Source: the human T2T-CHM13v2.0 reference genome, Homo sapiens
Length of the DNA stretch: 64,000 bases
Assembly (NCBI RefSeq): GCF_009914755.1
Contig: NC_060926.1
Direction: 5' to 3' (one strand)
Each line of letters starts with the position of its first letter. The stretch's first letter is position 1. Made by a program: the position numbers and the translations under genes. This document shows positions 39,301 to 53,448 of this stretch, piece after piece. The notes under the pieces are model-generated. The model did not search any database, was not told the origin of the DNA, and saw only the letters and a program-made list of their open reading frames with translations.

Positions 39301-40625
39301 AACCAGTAGAAAGGGAGAAACTGATGCACTCATCAAACCCTTGTAATCACGATCATCTTCTGTGTGAATTAGTTCTGGGTTCCTGGAATAGCATCGGGAA
39401 TCAGCCGCGCTGACCTTTAGCATTTATTCTGTCACTGTTACGATAGACTTGAGTTTCCTCAGTTCTTAAGAAAGTGGAAATAATACTACCTTATGTATGT
39501 AAGCCACCCCAATCACACGTGCTTTCATGCCATCTTCTCATTTGATGCTCACAACAAACCAAGGTGTCAGGACAGGATGTCATGCCTGTCCCTAACCTCA
39601 GAGAAGTAGCCAGCCCAGCACTGCACAGCTCGTTACCAGCAGAGCCTGGATCCCAGCCATCTGCCCATCGTGCTCAGTCTAGTCACCCTAGCATCTCTCC
39701 CAGGAACAGAACTGCCCTCCCTCCTCCAATTGTGTTACTAAGGAACGGGTGTAAAAGGCCTTCAGACAACAGAAAGTGAGATCATGGGCCAGGTGTGGTC
39801 ATGAGCTCAGATAGTGAACTTTCACCTCCCTCCCTGGCAATACCCTGTGGTCAGGAGCAGGCAGATTACACAAAGAGTGGAGGCTAGACGTTCCAAACAG
39901 ACTCTGAATAGGTGACAGTGCCAGGGGCTCATTCTTCTCAGTGCTGGCCACAGGTTGGGCCTGGCTGCTGGCTAAAAGGTGCCGGGGAGGGGGATACAGC
40001 AGCTCCCAGCTCATCCTCAGAGGGTCCTGGGATCAAAGGTATTTACACCCAGGGATATTTCAGATAAATCTTTTCATCTATGTGGAAAACATACAAAGTG
40101 GCGCAAGTGAGAAACTCCGATTTCCTAAGGTTGACAAGTCAAGTGCAGTAATGATGTCATGGTAACCAATATGTTTCCAAACTTTCCTAAGGTTGACTAG
40201 CCCCATGCACTTTGAGAAGTTGGTAAATAGGATTGTCGTCGTTTTATAAAATTGAAAACACGGTGTCTTGCAATCACAGCCACTCACAAAGGAAGCCAGA
40301 GATGGTCCCAGCCCCTCCGCAGACTTCCTGTGGACTCAGGACTGGTGGTCTCTCCTGGGCCTTGCTGTACCCGGCAAATCCAGGGGCACAGACTCAGGGT
40401 TCTGCCCTGCCGACAGATGCTGCCTAGCCTTCTGTGTGTCATAAGTCAACTCCCGCTCAGCCCCAGGCTGCTGGGTCCCTGCTGTGGGCCAAAAACCAGC
40501 CACTTCGCTGGTTTCTATCCCCCACCCCGTTCCCGAGGGAGGGGCTCTGGTGTGAGACACCCCCTCAGAGAGGAAAGTGTCTCCCAGCTTTGGAGAGAAT
40601 CGAGGTGTCCTTTCTCTCTCTCCAG

Positions 40626-40700
40626 CTGGAACCAGTGGGCCGCAAGACTACCTCCAACAACTTCACCCACAGCCGAGCCAAACTCAAGTGCCCCTCTCCT
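40626..40700 (+). CDS. PLB1: PLB1 exon V (75 nt; [25 protein letters not shown])
   Basis: ctctccAG|CTG ... CCT|GTgagt. Confidence 0.95.
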
Positions 40701-41024
40701 GTGAGTAAACGTCCTGCCTGCCCCAGGTGGAACAGATGCCTGGGGTGGGGGTTGTCCTGTCCCCTGGAAGCACAGAGGAGTCCCCGGGGATGCTCCCTCA
40801 AATGCGGCTTCACTCACTGCCGTCTTCTCAAATCCCACCTGTCCCCAGTGCCACGGAAACTTCTCAGTGTGTGGGCAGCCATGGAGGGAGGGGAGAGGAC
40901 GTTCAACAGCTCCAACCGAAGGGAGGACAGTCGCTCAGGGAGGCAGATGAGCACTGGCGGGTGTCTCGGGTCACCCATTCCTTCCGAAAGCTCTGATGCA
41001 TCCTCAGTCTTAAAAGTGCACCAA

Positions 41025-41310
41025 GGCCAGGCGTGGTGGCTCACGCCTATAATCCCAGCACTTTGGGAGGCCGAGGCGGTCAGATCACCTGAGGTCTGGA
41101 GTACAAGACCAGCCTGGCCAACATAGTGAAACCCCGTCTCTAGTAAAAATCCAAAAGTCAGCCGGGCATGGTGGCGGGCGCCTGTCATCCCAGCTACTCA
41201 GGAGGCTGAGGCAGGAGAATCACTTGAACCCGGGAGGCAGAGGTTGCAGTGAGCTGAGGTCATGCCACTGCACTCCAGACTGAGTGACAGAGTGAGACTG
41301 TCTCAAAAAT
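41025..41310 (+). mobile_element. AluS element with short tail
   Basis: Full dimer; TSD AAAGTGCA(C/T)CAA. Confidence 0.92.
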
Positions 41311-42556
41311 AAAGTGCATCAAGCAGCTGTCCCGTGCCAGGCAGTATACTAGGATCTGGGGATCGGGAGGCAAAGATAAAATAGACTCAGTGTCTGTTCC
41401 TGGAGCCTGCAATGGTCTTCCTCCCTCGCCACACCCACTGCCCTTGCCTGGCCCACCTTCGAAGCCTGTGACTTGTCTCCCCAGCTCTCCTCTCCCTCTT
41501 CTCCATCCACCCTACACTTGCTGCCAGACACAGATAGACCTTCCTGGAAATAACTTGCCCCATCAAGGCTGCTTGAAATCCTTGCCTGATCCCTACTGCC
41601 CATTGACCAGAGTCTGGAGGGAGGGTCACCTCCCTCCATGATACACACTGCACTCCTGGCCGGTGGATCCATCTCCCAGGAAGCCCCACGACTGCCCGCA
41701 TCCAGGCCTTTCCTTTTGCCATCTGTTCCTGGAGGTTCATCTTCCATCTGCTATGAGAACATCCGCCTCCCTCCAGGTCCAGATGTTGCCTTTACTAAGC
41801 GATGGTTTCACCGTCTCTTACCTACCATTCCTGTCTCCAGACACTGACCCATGTGGGTCTCCTTTTCTATTTGTACCTCTCATGAGACACCGACCCAGTC
41901 TCCTTTATGATGTGATTGTTTCTGCACATCTCAACTTCCTCCTGGGCCACAAGAAAAGATGTCACATCTTAACCCTCCAGTCTCATCACAGCTTCCAGCA
42001 AGGGGGCTAAACACAGCACGTGCCCAATTCACATTCACTGAGAGGAGAGTGGAGAGGGGCATAGGAAGGCAAGAACGCACACGATCTGCCCACATGCCTC
42101 CCCTCCCGGCCCTTCTGATTTGGGGATCTTTCATCTACTACAAAACCAGCTGTCCTTCCATGCTGCCCTTCCCTGATTTCTGGGTAGTCCTGGGATGGGA
42201 GAATGGGGACAGTTGTGACCACGAGGAAGCAGAGGTGGGAGTTCTACAGGCCCCACAGGGCTCTCTGCCATTGGTCACCTATCAGTTCCCAATCTTTCAA
42301 AATCAGGTTTGATGGCCAAGGAAACGCTGGTGAGAAACCAAAAGAAGGTTCTAGCTGGGTGTTGACCTCTTTAGAGGCCCATCCCGCTAAAGAGGGTTTG
42401 GGCACAGCCTAAATGAGGGAGCTTTACAAAAGGGAAGCTCTGTGAAAACGTGCAGGGTTATCGCAGCATCTCAGGAATGGGGACTAGGCAAGTCTTGGCT
42501 TGGTGATGGATGGTTCACGGAGATCCTTTCCACTGACCCCCGCTCCTCCTCCACAG

Positions 42557-42760
42557 GAGAGCCCTTACCTCTACACCCTGCGGAACAGCCGATTGCTCCC
42601 AGACCAGGCTGAAGAAGCCCCCGAGGTGCTCTACTGGGCTGTCCCAGTGGCAGCGGGAGTCGGCCTTGTGGTGGGCATCATCGGGACAGTGGTCTGGAGG
42701 TGCAGGAGAGGTGGCCGGAGGGAAGATCCTCCAATGAGCCTGCGCACTGTGGCCCTCTAG
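42557..42760 (+). CDS. PLB1: PLB1 terminal coding exon W ([11 protein letters not shown]...TM helix...[10 protein letters not shown])
   Basis: ccacAG|GAG ... CTC TAG; hydrophobic [24 protein letters not shown] followed by basic RCRRGGRR. Confidence 0.97.
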   Translation, partial: ESPYLYTLRNSRLLPDQAEEAPEVLYWAVPVAAGVGLVVGIIGTVVWRCRRGGRREDPPMSLRTVAL

Positions 42761-42944
42761 GCCCGGGGGTGGGTCCTCACCCTAAACTCCCTATAGCCAC
42801 TCTCTTCACCGCCCTCTGCCCCAGCCACTCCCGGCCACCAGGACATGCTTCAATGCCTGGTGCCATAGGAAGCCCAGGGGACAGTCACAACTTCTTGGGG
42901 CCTGGGCTTCTTCCAGGCCTATGCTCCTGGAATGGATACATTTA

Positions 42945-42950
42945 AATAAA
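42945..42950 (+). terminator. PLB1: PLB1 polyadenylation signal AATAAA
   Basis: First AATAAA after stop codon (185 nt downstream), followed by U/GU-rich tattttattcctgggtttg. Confidence 0.85.
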
Positions 42951-43679
42951 GTCCAAAGCTATTTTATTCCTGGGTTTGCCTGCGTGAAGCACTCACCTTC
43001 CATCTCTTGTGCAGCCCAGGTGTGGGAGCTGCCACTTTTTGTGGCCTGCCTCCAGCAGGGCTGCCCAAGCCACGACCAACCAGAGCCCAAACTGCCTGCC
43101 ACCACGAGCATATCCTCAAGTCACCAAACCCACTATTTCAAAGGCAGAAAAAATGCTGGTCACCAGGTGGTGGCTGGAATTTTGGAGCTGGCTGGTTGCC
43201 ATTCAGTCCAATCCAACACATACCTATTAAGCAACTGTTTTGTATCCAGGACAATGCGAAGCACTGAGGTGCCTCCTAGGCTGTGCATGTCGCAGCCTGG
43301 CAGAGAGGTCAAACTCCTTCAATAACCAAGAAGCCACGTGATGATGTGTAACTACTAGGGCATCAGTAGGTAAATGTGTCTGATTGTTTTAAAGAATAGA
43401 AAGGGTTCTTCGGGGAAAGTTTCTTGGGGGAGAGCAACCTTCACATGTCATTTTGGGAAAAGGAATAAAAAATGATTGGGACACAAATACCTCCTATATT
43501 CTCAACCTGATTTTCTCAAGGTGCTAAATTTAGGAAAAAATTCCTATTTCTATATGCCCAGGTTTCTGAGGGAAAACTAGAGAGAGTCTGAAAATATGGG
43601 CTGCATTCACTGAGCCCCTGCTAGGGGCGAGGCCCCGTGCTGGAGGCCTTCCACAGATGGTCTCTTTTATGCTGCACAA

Positions 43680-43820
43680 AAGCCCAGGGAGGGGGTAAAG
43701 GGAAAATCTTTGAAAATAGAAGTGATGCTTGCGCAACACCGTGAATGTACTAAACGCCGCAAATTGTTCCATTTAAAATGATTAATTGTGTATCATGTGA
43801 ATTTCACTTCAATAAAAAAG
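43680..43820 (+). mobile_element. L1MB-type 3' end
   Basis: gtgaatgtactaaacgcc...tttaaaatgattaattgtgtatcatgtgaatttcacttcaataaaaaa. Confidence 0.75.
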
Positions 43821-44382
43821 AATCCAGGGAGGTAGACATCATCTGCATTGTAAACCTCTCTCTGATCCTGAAGTCCGGGATGATAAAGAGCCTGAGTCAC
43901 AATCCCGGATGCAACACTGAAATGCTGTGCCCTGAAGCTGCCTTCGCCAGCCTGAGCCCAGTGTCCCAGGCTCTGCATCTGTAAAAACTGGAGTAAGAGT
44001 ACACATTTTGCTTATCTCACGGCGCTGCTGAAAAATAAGGAACCGTGTGTGAACCTCTAACTCTAAAATGCTGCACAACTGAAAATGGCCTTTTTCCTCG
44101 GTGAAGAGTTGGGATAAGGCCCAGACTGTTGGGGAAGATGTGAGACCCAGAGATGAGTTTGGGGAAATGGGGTAATAACATATGGGTGGAGAGTGCCCGC
44201 CTTCCTCTCAGGGAGGTTCATCACCTTATCTCTTTCTGTCACAACAGAGAACCCGGAGGACCTATACCCAGTTCCGTGTTCTTCTGGGCTTCAGTGTCTG
44301 TTTCTATACAATGGGAACAGCATGCATTCCCCTGCTTTTTCCTATAGACTGGAAAACGTGGTGACCAAGTCACACATCCCAG

Positions 44383-44465
44383 CTTATGCTCCCGGCTTAA
44401 GACAGTGTAACGACAAAGGTAACCCTTACACTCCTGGTTTGAGACAGTATAACGACAAAGGTAAC
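44383..44465 (+). repeat. Tandem duplication, 2 x 41 bp (period 42)
   Basis: cttatgctcccggcttaagacagtgtaacgacaaaggtaac / cttacactcctggtttgagacagtataacgacaaaggtaac. Confidence 0.9.
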
Positions 44466-45667
44466 ATAGGAAGTCAAGGAGTTCGCTTCACCGCCCCTCC
44501 CCCCACCCCACCCTTTTTTTTTCCTGCAAGTTTCTATTCTTCCCGCAGCTCCTACCTCAAAGCAGCATGGATTCATAACCACAGGCTCCCCTCATTAGGG
44601 CTTGGGGAGGGAGGGTGTTGGAATCCACACTGCCAGAGTAATCCAGACTAAAACATCAACAAATGGTCCCAGCTGGTTCACCAAGGAACACTTGGCAAAA
44701 CAAAGAAATCCTGTCTGGAGCGACACGGACACAGCCACAAACCAGTCACCAAATTCCCAGCAAGTATGTGCTAAGAAGCCAAAAATTAAAAATACGTGAG
44801 AAGCACCCACTTGAAATTGGTGGTATTACATACATACACTGGCTGTGCGCCATGGGGTTTTTCTGTAGGAAAATGTCCAGTCTAGCTAGAACGGCACCCA
44901 CAGCCACACCATGAGCAAAGCCACCAAATACCTGAGGAAGCCACAGTCCATGGCACTCCCCATGGAGGCTTCTGAATTCAGAAAAGATAGATTCCTGTGA
45001 CTTAAACCTGGTCCAAGTCTTCCTAAAGGACATGGAACTTTGAGCTCTGAAAAGATGGAGAATGGTTACCAAAAGCAATGAGGTTGTCGAGACTGGGAAA
45101 ACTCCATGCAGATGGAGAGATGAGCATGGTGAATATGGGGACCAGGAAAAATGAGGATGGATGAGCCAGATATGGGTTAGAGGACATGATGGAAAGGATG
45201 AGGAGTTGATAGCGATTACATTGTTGTGATGGTTGTAACATCAGGCTACACTTGACTAGGGAATATAAATGTTAGTGAGAAAAGATTTGCACAAAGAAAA
45301 TGCTAATAAAAGTTGACATAAAGTGCTTGTGCTGTGGTGGGCACCATGGGGCACAATAATGAAACTTCACACATCCCTATTACCATTCCCTTTCTACAGA
45401 GAAGGAAACCAAGACTCAGGGAAGAAGTAACTGGCCCAGAGTTATACTTTGATTACATAATGCGACATTTGTCCAAATGAATACTGGAGCCCAGAGTAGG
45501 GGGGGTAACCCAGAAAAATAAAACCGCCACTGGTTCCAGCAGTGAATTGGGCCAAATTGCAAATAAATGTGGTATAAAATAAAGATCTAGAATGTCTGAT
45601 GGCACCATTGTTCCTCTGCTTTCAACTGGTCTGAAAAACTCAACTATCTCTAGTTAATAATCTATGA

Positions 45668-45966
<299 letters not shown>

Positions 45967-46036
45967 AATAATCTATGATTTAAAACATTATGGGGACTAA
46001 GATTTCTTTTGCTAGTGTATGTGTGACATTATAGCA

Positions 46037-46277
46037 CAAGCTTGTCCAACCCACAGCCCGCATGCGTCCCAGGATGGTTTTGAATGCCACCCAACACAAA
46101 TTTGTAAATTTTCTTAAAACATTATGAGATTTGTGTGTGTGTGTGTGTGTGTGATTTTCTTTTTTAGCTCATCCCCTATCTTTAGTGTTAGTTAGTTTAG
46201 TGTTAGTGTATTTTATGTGTGGCCCAAGACAATTCTTCCAATGTGTCCCAGAAAAGCCAAAAGATTGAATACCCTTG
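46037..46277. mobile_element. MER30 (hAT-Charlie MITE) with internal (TG)n
   Basis: cttgtccaacc...ttcttaaaacattatgagat...gtggcccaagacaattcttcc...; 8-bp TSD TTATAGCA/TTCTAGCA. Confidence 0.85.
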
Positions 46278-46972
46278 TTCTAGCAGCTAATAAATCATTT
46301 AATTAGGAAAAACAATCCCTGTGAGAATCAAATGTAACAACTAGCAAGATTAGATCCACATATTTTATATAACAGCAGCACTGAAAAAAAGACTATGTAT
46401 GTTTAGAAAGATAAAAGACAAAAGGAATTTAAAACATGAGGCAAGAACACCATGTTATTTTTTAAAAATAAAGGCAGATTTGTGAAAGAACTAAGAACCA
46501 GATAAAACTTCCAGAAATGAAATACATTGTTATTAGAGAAAAATAAACTTCAGTAAATGTGTTCAAATAGCAGGCTGGGCCCTTAGTGAACCAACATTTG
46601 TGTGTTTACTGTATACCCGGTACTGTTTTTAGCAGTAAGTCTGTATTTTTTATTAATTCTCACAATAGCCCCTTGAAGTAGGTGCTATTATAATCCTTAC
46701 AGAGAAAATGAAGCATGTCCTGTATCTTTTCAGTCTTTTTGTAAGAATTAAATGAGATAAAAACAATACTCAAAAAATAGGTATTCAATAATTAGCTCTC
46801 TCTCTCTCTCTCCTTTCTATATCAGTATTAATTCCAATACAATATGATTCAGGGGCTTTGTAAAATAATCGCAATAATTAAAATATACTTGGCACCTTAC
46901 AGTTTACAAAACATTTTAATATGTTCTCATTTGATCCATACCACAAACTTGTAAGATAAGCAAAGTACAGTA

Positions 46973-47665
<693 letters not shown>

Positions 47666-49158
47666 TATCATTAAGAAAATGTACCTCAAACTTAGAAATA
47701 AGTGACCACATGTCCTGTCAATGTTATTTAACAATATTCTAAGAAATATTTAGTTATCTAGACCGTACCTATGTTTGACTTTGTCATTTATTACTATTTA
47801 ATTAGAGCTTAACGCTACGAAATTATGTTGACTTGTGGATTTCTGACCGGCAAAAAAGATAACCTCAAGGTTATGGTTTTATGCCCCTATAGCACATTAT
47901 CCAGTTTTGTGTCTATTAGCAAAAGCATTTCAGCTTGCCAGGGCTTAGCAAAAGCATGACACTCAATTGTTCCACTACCACCACTCCCATCTTCGTGCAA
48001 TGCTCAGAAGACACTGAACAAGTCACTCTAAGCTCAATCCACTGTTCTGGCAACTGGCACTGTGACATAGCAAGGGCCTGTCTGCTGTCTTGGAGAGGCC
48101 TAGAGTCTACTACTATTGGACCCTGGCTACGTCACCCAGCAAGAAGTATGCTGCTGTCAGAACAATTTCAAACAGTGCTCAGGGGAGTAGACACAGAAAA
48201 GGAAGTGAGGAGGATGAAAAGGAGAGGAAATTAAGGAATCCCCTAAATATTCCCATGTTTTAGTCATTTGAATTTTATTTTTATGATCAATTAAGATCTG
48301 AAATACAATCAACCTCAATGACTGAAGAATCCGCACTCCCCAGGGAGTAGGGGATAAGATGGGAGTGAGAAAAGGATTCTAATCCTGAGTAGTTAGGAAT
48401 GACCCTATTTCTTCAACTGTAACAAAATGGGATAAAAGGCTGTCTGTGGATTAAATGAGAAAGTGTGTGAAAGGGTCTGGCATAGAGCAGGTGCTTGATA
48501 AGTGAAGCTGTGGTTATTCTCATTCCTCGTGTGCAAGCCTGGGCTGGAAGTGTGTCCATTAGACCTGCCAACCCCCGCCCCTCCCCACCATGCTCCACCA
48601 CACATCACCCACCCTGGTTCTCCAGATATTTTCATCCAAAGCCTGGAAGAAAAGTATTGGCCTTATGCTACTGCCTACAGGGAGGTCCCTCTGTTGAGTG
48701 GAACAACTAAGGCTGCAACTGTGGATCCCACACTCCAGGGTGGGCACAGCACCCACACAGCCTGCCTTTGACTGCTCTTTTGAGCATTGTTAAAAATTCT
48801 ATTCTGAGTTGTCTGTCTTCACTAATGTCCCAAAAAGCCAATGAAAGCACCTGATGGTACAGCCTCCAAGTGCGAGCATCTTGGGTGGGCCCTCAACTTC
48901 AGGAACATCTCAGCATCCAGGAAGACAGGAAGGGCAGGCTCCCAACCACCCCCCAAGCCCCAAATCACCCTGGGAGGCAAATGCCTTCTCTGCCACTTCT
49001 GCCAGGGGACTTTGTAACACAAATATTCAGTCTGGTCTGAGGTTAAATTCATTTCTAGACTTGATTTCAAACGTGGCAATGGGCCTGAGGTCTGCTACCA
49101 GCTGAAGCAAGTCCCCCAAGCCAGCCCCTGTCAGGACTACCCCATCCTGACCCAGACC

Positions 49159-49332
49159 GAGGACCGGTGGTGGAATTTGTGGGGTCTAGTGCGAAGTTAA
49201 AATATAGGGCCCCTTGTTGAAAAATGATTAATTTTAAGACAGCAACAGCAGAGCATTAAACCAAGCATGAGGCCCTTCTGAATATGAGTCCCTGTGTGAC
49301 TCATGGGTCACACACCCACAACGCTGGCCCTG
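49159..49332. mobile_element. MER45A-like (hAT-Tip100) MITE
   Basis: gggccccttgttgaaaaa...cagcagagcattaaaccaagc...gctggccctg; TSD-like CCCAGACC/CCTAAACC. Confidence 0.8.
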
Positions 49333-50246
49333 CCTAAACCCTTTGATTCTCTGTGCTCTTCAAAAGCTGGAGTGACAGGCCATGACAGCACCTCTGTCCT
49401 CTCTCTGTGGGCAGAAAAAGGGAGGAGGCCAAGAGGTCTCAACCACCTAGAGAGGAAGGTGGTATGGCCCCATGGCAGAGGCCAGGATGCCTGCAGGGCA
49501 ACTTGGTTTTTTCCACTTGCTGGGAAAACTGCTCAGAGCATGTTTCCTGTGACCAGAGGATCGATGATAACGTCATTATATATGGAGGCTCAATTACGAC
49601 CTTTCTTTTCCGGTTCTAATTCTGCAACTCATTTTACACAGCAGGGCACATGATCAGGATTCTCTTTGGGTCTGAAATCCCCTAGGGAGACAAACACAAT
49701 TTCCCAAATTGTCCCCAGGGCAGCCTTCCTTCCAGAATGCACCACAGGTGCCTGTGAAATCAACCCCACTGGCATCCTAAGGCTGATTTCTACCTCACAA
49801 GGCTGGTGCGAGAATTTGGGGTGGTCATGAGTGTAGAGCCCAGAGCACTGCCTGACTCATAATCAGCCCTCAATAAGTTTAGATATTATTAGCGTTAGTC
49901 ATACATGCCTCTTCCATTTTCATATTTTTGATTGCTTTTGTTGTTCTGCCAAATGATTTATTCAGTATTTCCCCCACCCCAAATTGATATTTCTGTTGTT
50001 CCTATGCCAGGAATACCTTTTCCCCTATACATCTCCATTCCTTCCGTCAGCCACTCAGCCAACACGGCTGAGCCTCCTGATGTGTCCCGTGCAGGCCATG
50101 AGGAAACCTGGATGAGGAAGGCACGGAACTGCCTCCAAGCTTTCACAGTCTGCTGCAGGGATCACCACTTTGACAATGTACCTGCACCCACAAAAAATAT
50201 TAGCACATGCACATCAACATAGAGACTTATTTATAAGTTTTAGACA

Positions 50247-50877
50247 CAGTTGTCCCTCCATACCCATGGGGATTCATTCTAGGATCCTCTGTGGGTACCA
50301 AAATTCACAGCTGCTCAAGTCCCTGATGTAAAATAGCATAGTATTTGCATATAACCTATGCACATCATCCTGTATACTTTTTTTTCTTTTTTGAGATGGA
50401 GTCTTCACTCTTGTCGCCTAGGCTAGAGTGCAATGGCACAACCTCAGCTCCCAGGTTCAACCAATTCTCCTGCCTCAGCCTCCTGAGTAGCTGGGATTTA
50501 CTGGGATTACAGGCGCACAGCACCACACCTGGCTAATTTTTGTAGTTTTAGTAGAGATGGGTTTAACCATGTTGGCCAGGCTGGTCTCGAACTCCTGACC
50601 TCAAGTGAAACACCTGCCTCAGCCTCCCAAAGTGCTAGGATTACAGGTATGAGCCACTGCACCTGGCCTCCTATATACTTTAAATCACCTCTAGATTACT
50701 TATAATACCCAATACAATATGTTATGTAAATGTTGTTATACTGTATTGTTTAGAAAATAATGACAAGGAAAAAGTCTCTTCATGTTCAGTACAGACACAA
50801 TTTCTTTTCCAAATATTTTCAATTCAAGACTGATTGAATCTACAGATGCAGAACCCATAAATATGGAGGGTTCACTG
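50247..50877. mobile_element. MER2 (Tigger) element interrupted by antisense Alu (50381-50668)
   Basis: cagttgtccctcc...gctcaagtccct...tatggagggttcactg-TA; Alu TSD TCCT(G/A)TATACTTT. Confidence 0.88.
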
Positions 50878-51218
50878 TATATAGGTATTACTACATACAC
50901 ATATAATTTACATACTATATAAATGACAAAACAGTCATCAATTAAAAATTTGTAAAGAACAAGATTAAGATGAAGTAAGCATTTTGCTCTTGCTAAAACA
51001 GTAATATGTTAAGGGCAAGTATTTTGACTGAATGTTTCACTATTTTTAAAATCTTGATTTAAAACATCGTTAGTTTTACTTGTAAGATTAGTTCTACTTG
51101 TGAGGTTCCTTACAAAGATGGGTAACTCCAAATGGAAGATGCCTCTTGTTGGTTGTATTAAATGAATAATGATTCTCATTCAACTATAGAAAGATTTCTG
51201 TTAAAATGTCACCAATAA

Positions 51219-51540
<322 letters not shown>

Positions 51541-52803
51541 TATGTCAATCATTTTTAAGGAGGATGGCAACATAATTGAAAGGTGTTCTTTTTATTTAAT
51601 TTATTTTAATAGTTATATTTTGGGGGTGGGTTTTTTTTTATTTGTATTCTTTCTCTGGAAGAGAAGCTGTTCCATTTTTTGCAAATGAGTTCAAACCCCA
51701 CTGATACTCTTGATTTTGAAATTTTTAGAGAGAGTTTAAAAAGTCTACTTCCAGACTTTTTTAATGTACATAGATACGAGACATGATATACTTGGAGCTC
51801 ATTTTTAGCTATAGCATCACTTAATAGTGGCAACATTTCCAAACATTCATTTTCAAAAGTCAACTTTCCCCTGACCTTTTAAAGAAATTACCACGTCCCA
51901 CACTGCATGTTTCTTTCAAAAAACAATTATTTCCTCTCCTTTTACTATGCAGTCAGTTTATTTTTTCTAAAACGTTAGGTAATATATTACTGACAACCAA
52001 TTGTCATCACAGAACAGTTCAGCAAGTTTGAATAGTTGTCTATTGATTTAAAATGCAGAATTCACCTTCAAGCTTGACAGCTGTTAAGCACATTACCAAC
52101 ATACTTTTATGGTGACTCTCCATCTCATTACCAAACAAGAACTCTATACTTGTAAGTCTTGCATTTATAACAAATAGCACATTGATGGTATACTATCACA
52201 GATTGTGTACTTCTGGATTTGCTGCCACAAGTCACCAGGAAGTGATACAGTGAAAGAATTTCATTTATGGTACTATTGTATGTATTTTTACCCAGTAATC
52301 TTTTTATTCTAGTCAAAGCAGTAACTTATTAGTAAGGACACGTCCACGGTTCTTTCCAAAACATTATTTTTACTAAAGAAGTAATTTTCTGTTGAGAATA
52401 TCTTCACTGGTACATTTTTCTTTCTATGGTACATATACACACACAGCAACTATGTATATTTCATAACTGAAACAATCTCATAAATAGGCTAAGACGTGTT
52501 TTTTTAAAAAATCTATATTGTACCCAGTTGCCCAAGTCTTCATAATTTGTTCTAACTCTTAGCAATGTTTTCTATCCATCTTCCAACTGTATGTGCAGAG
52601 AATTACCTATTCTTTTCGTTGTTGTGTGAGTTCCCTTGTTTTATTTTAGTCATTTATGGCACGTGGCTCTTTGCTAGTAAGAAACCAAAAAAAAAAAAGA
52701 GGCAGAAGAAAATCTGTAAATATTTATCATTAAGTTTAGTGAAGTTTTGAGAGGTGTTGAATTCAGAACACTATTATTTCAAACATTGCTTTTAAAGAGT
52801 GAC

Positions 52804-53448
<645 letters not shown>

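Noticed and set aside
44383-44465. CRISPR-like direct repeats
   Set aside because: Only two adjacent copies with no spacer, in a mammalian context with no cas genes; simple tandem duplication.
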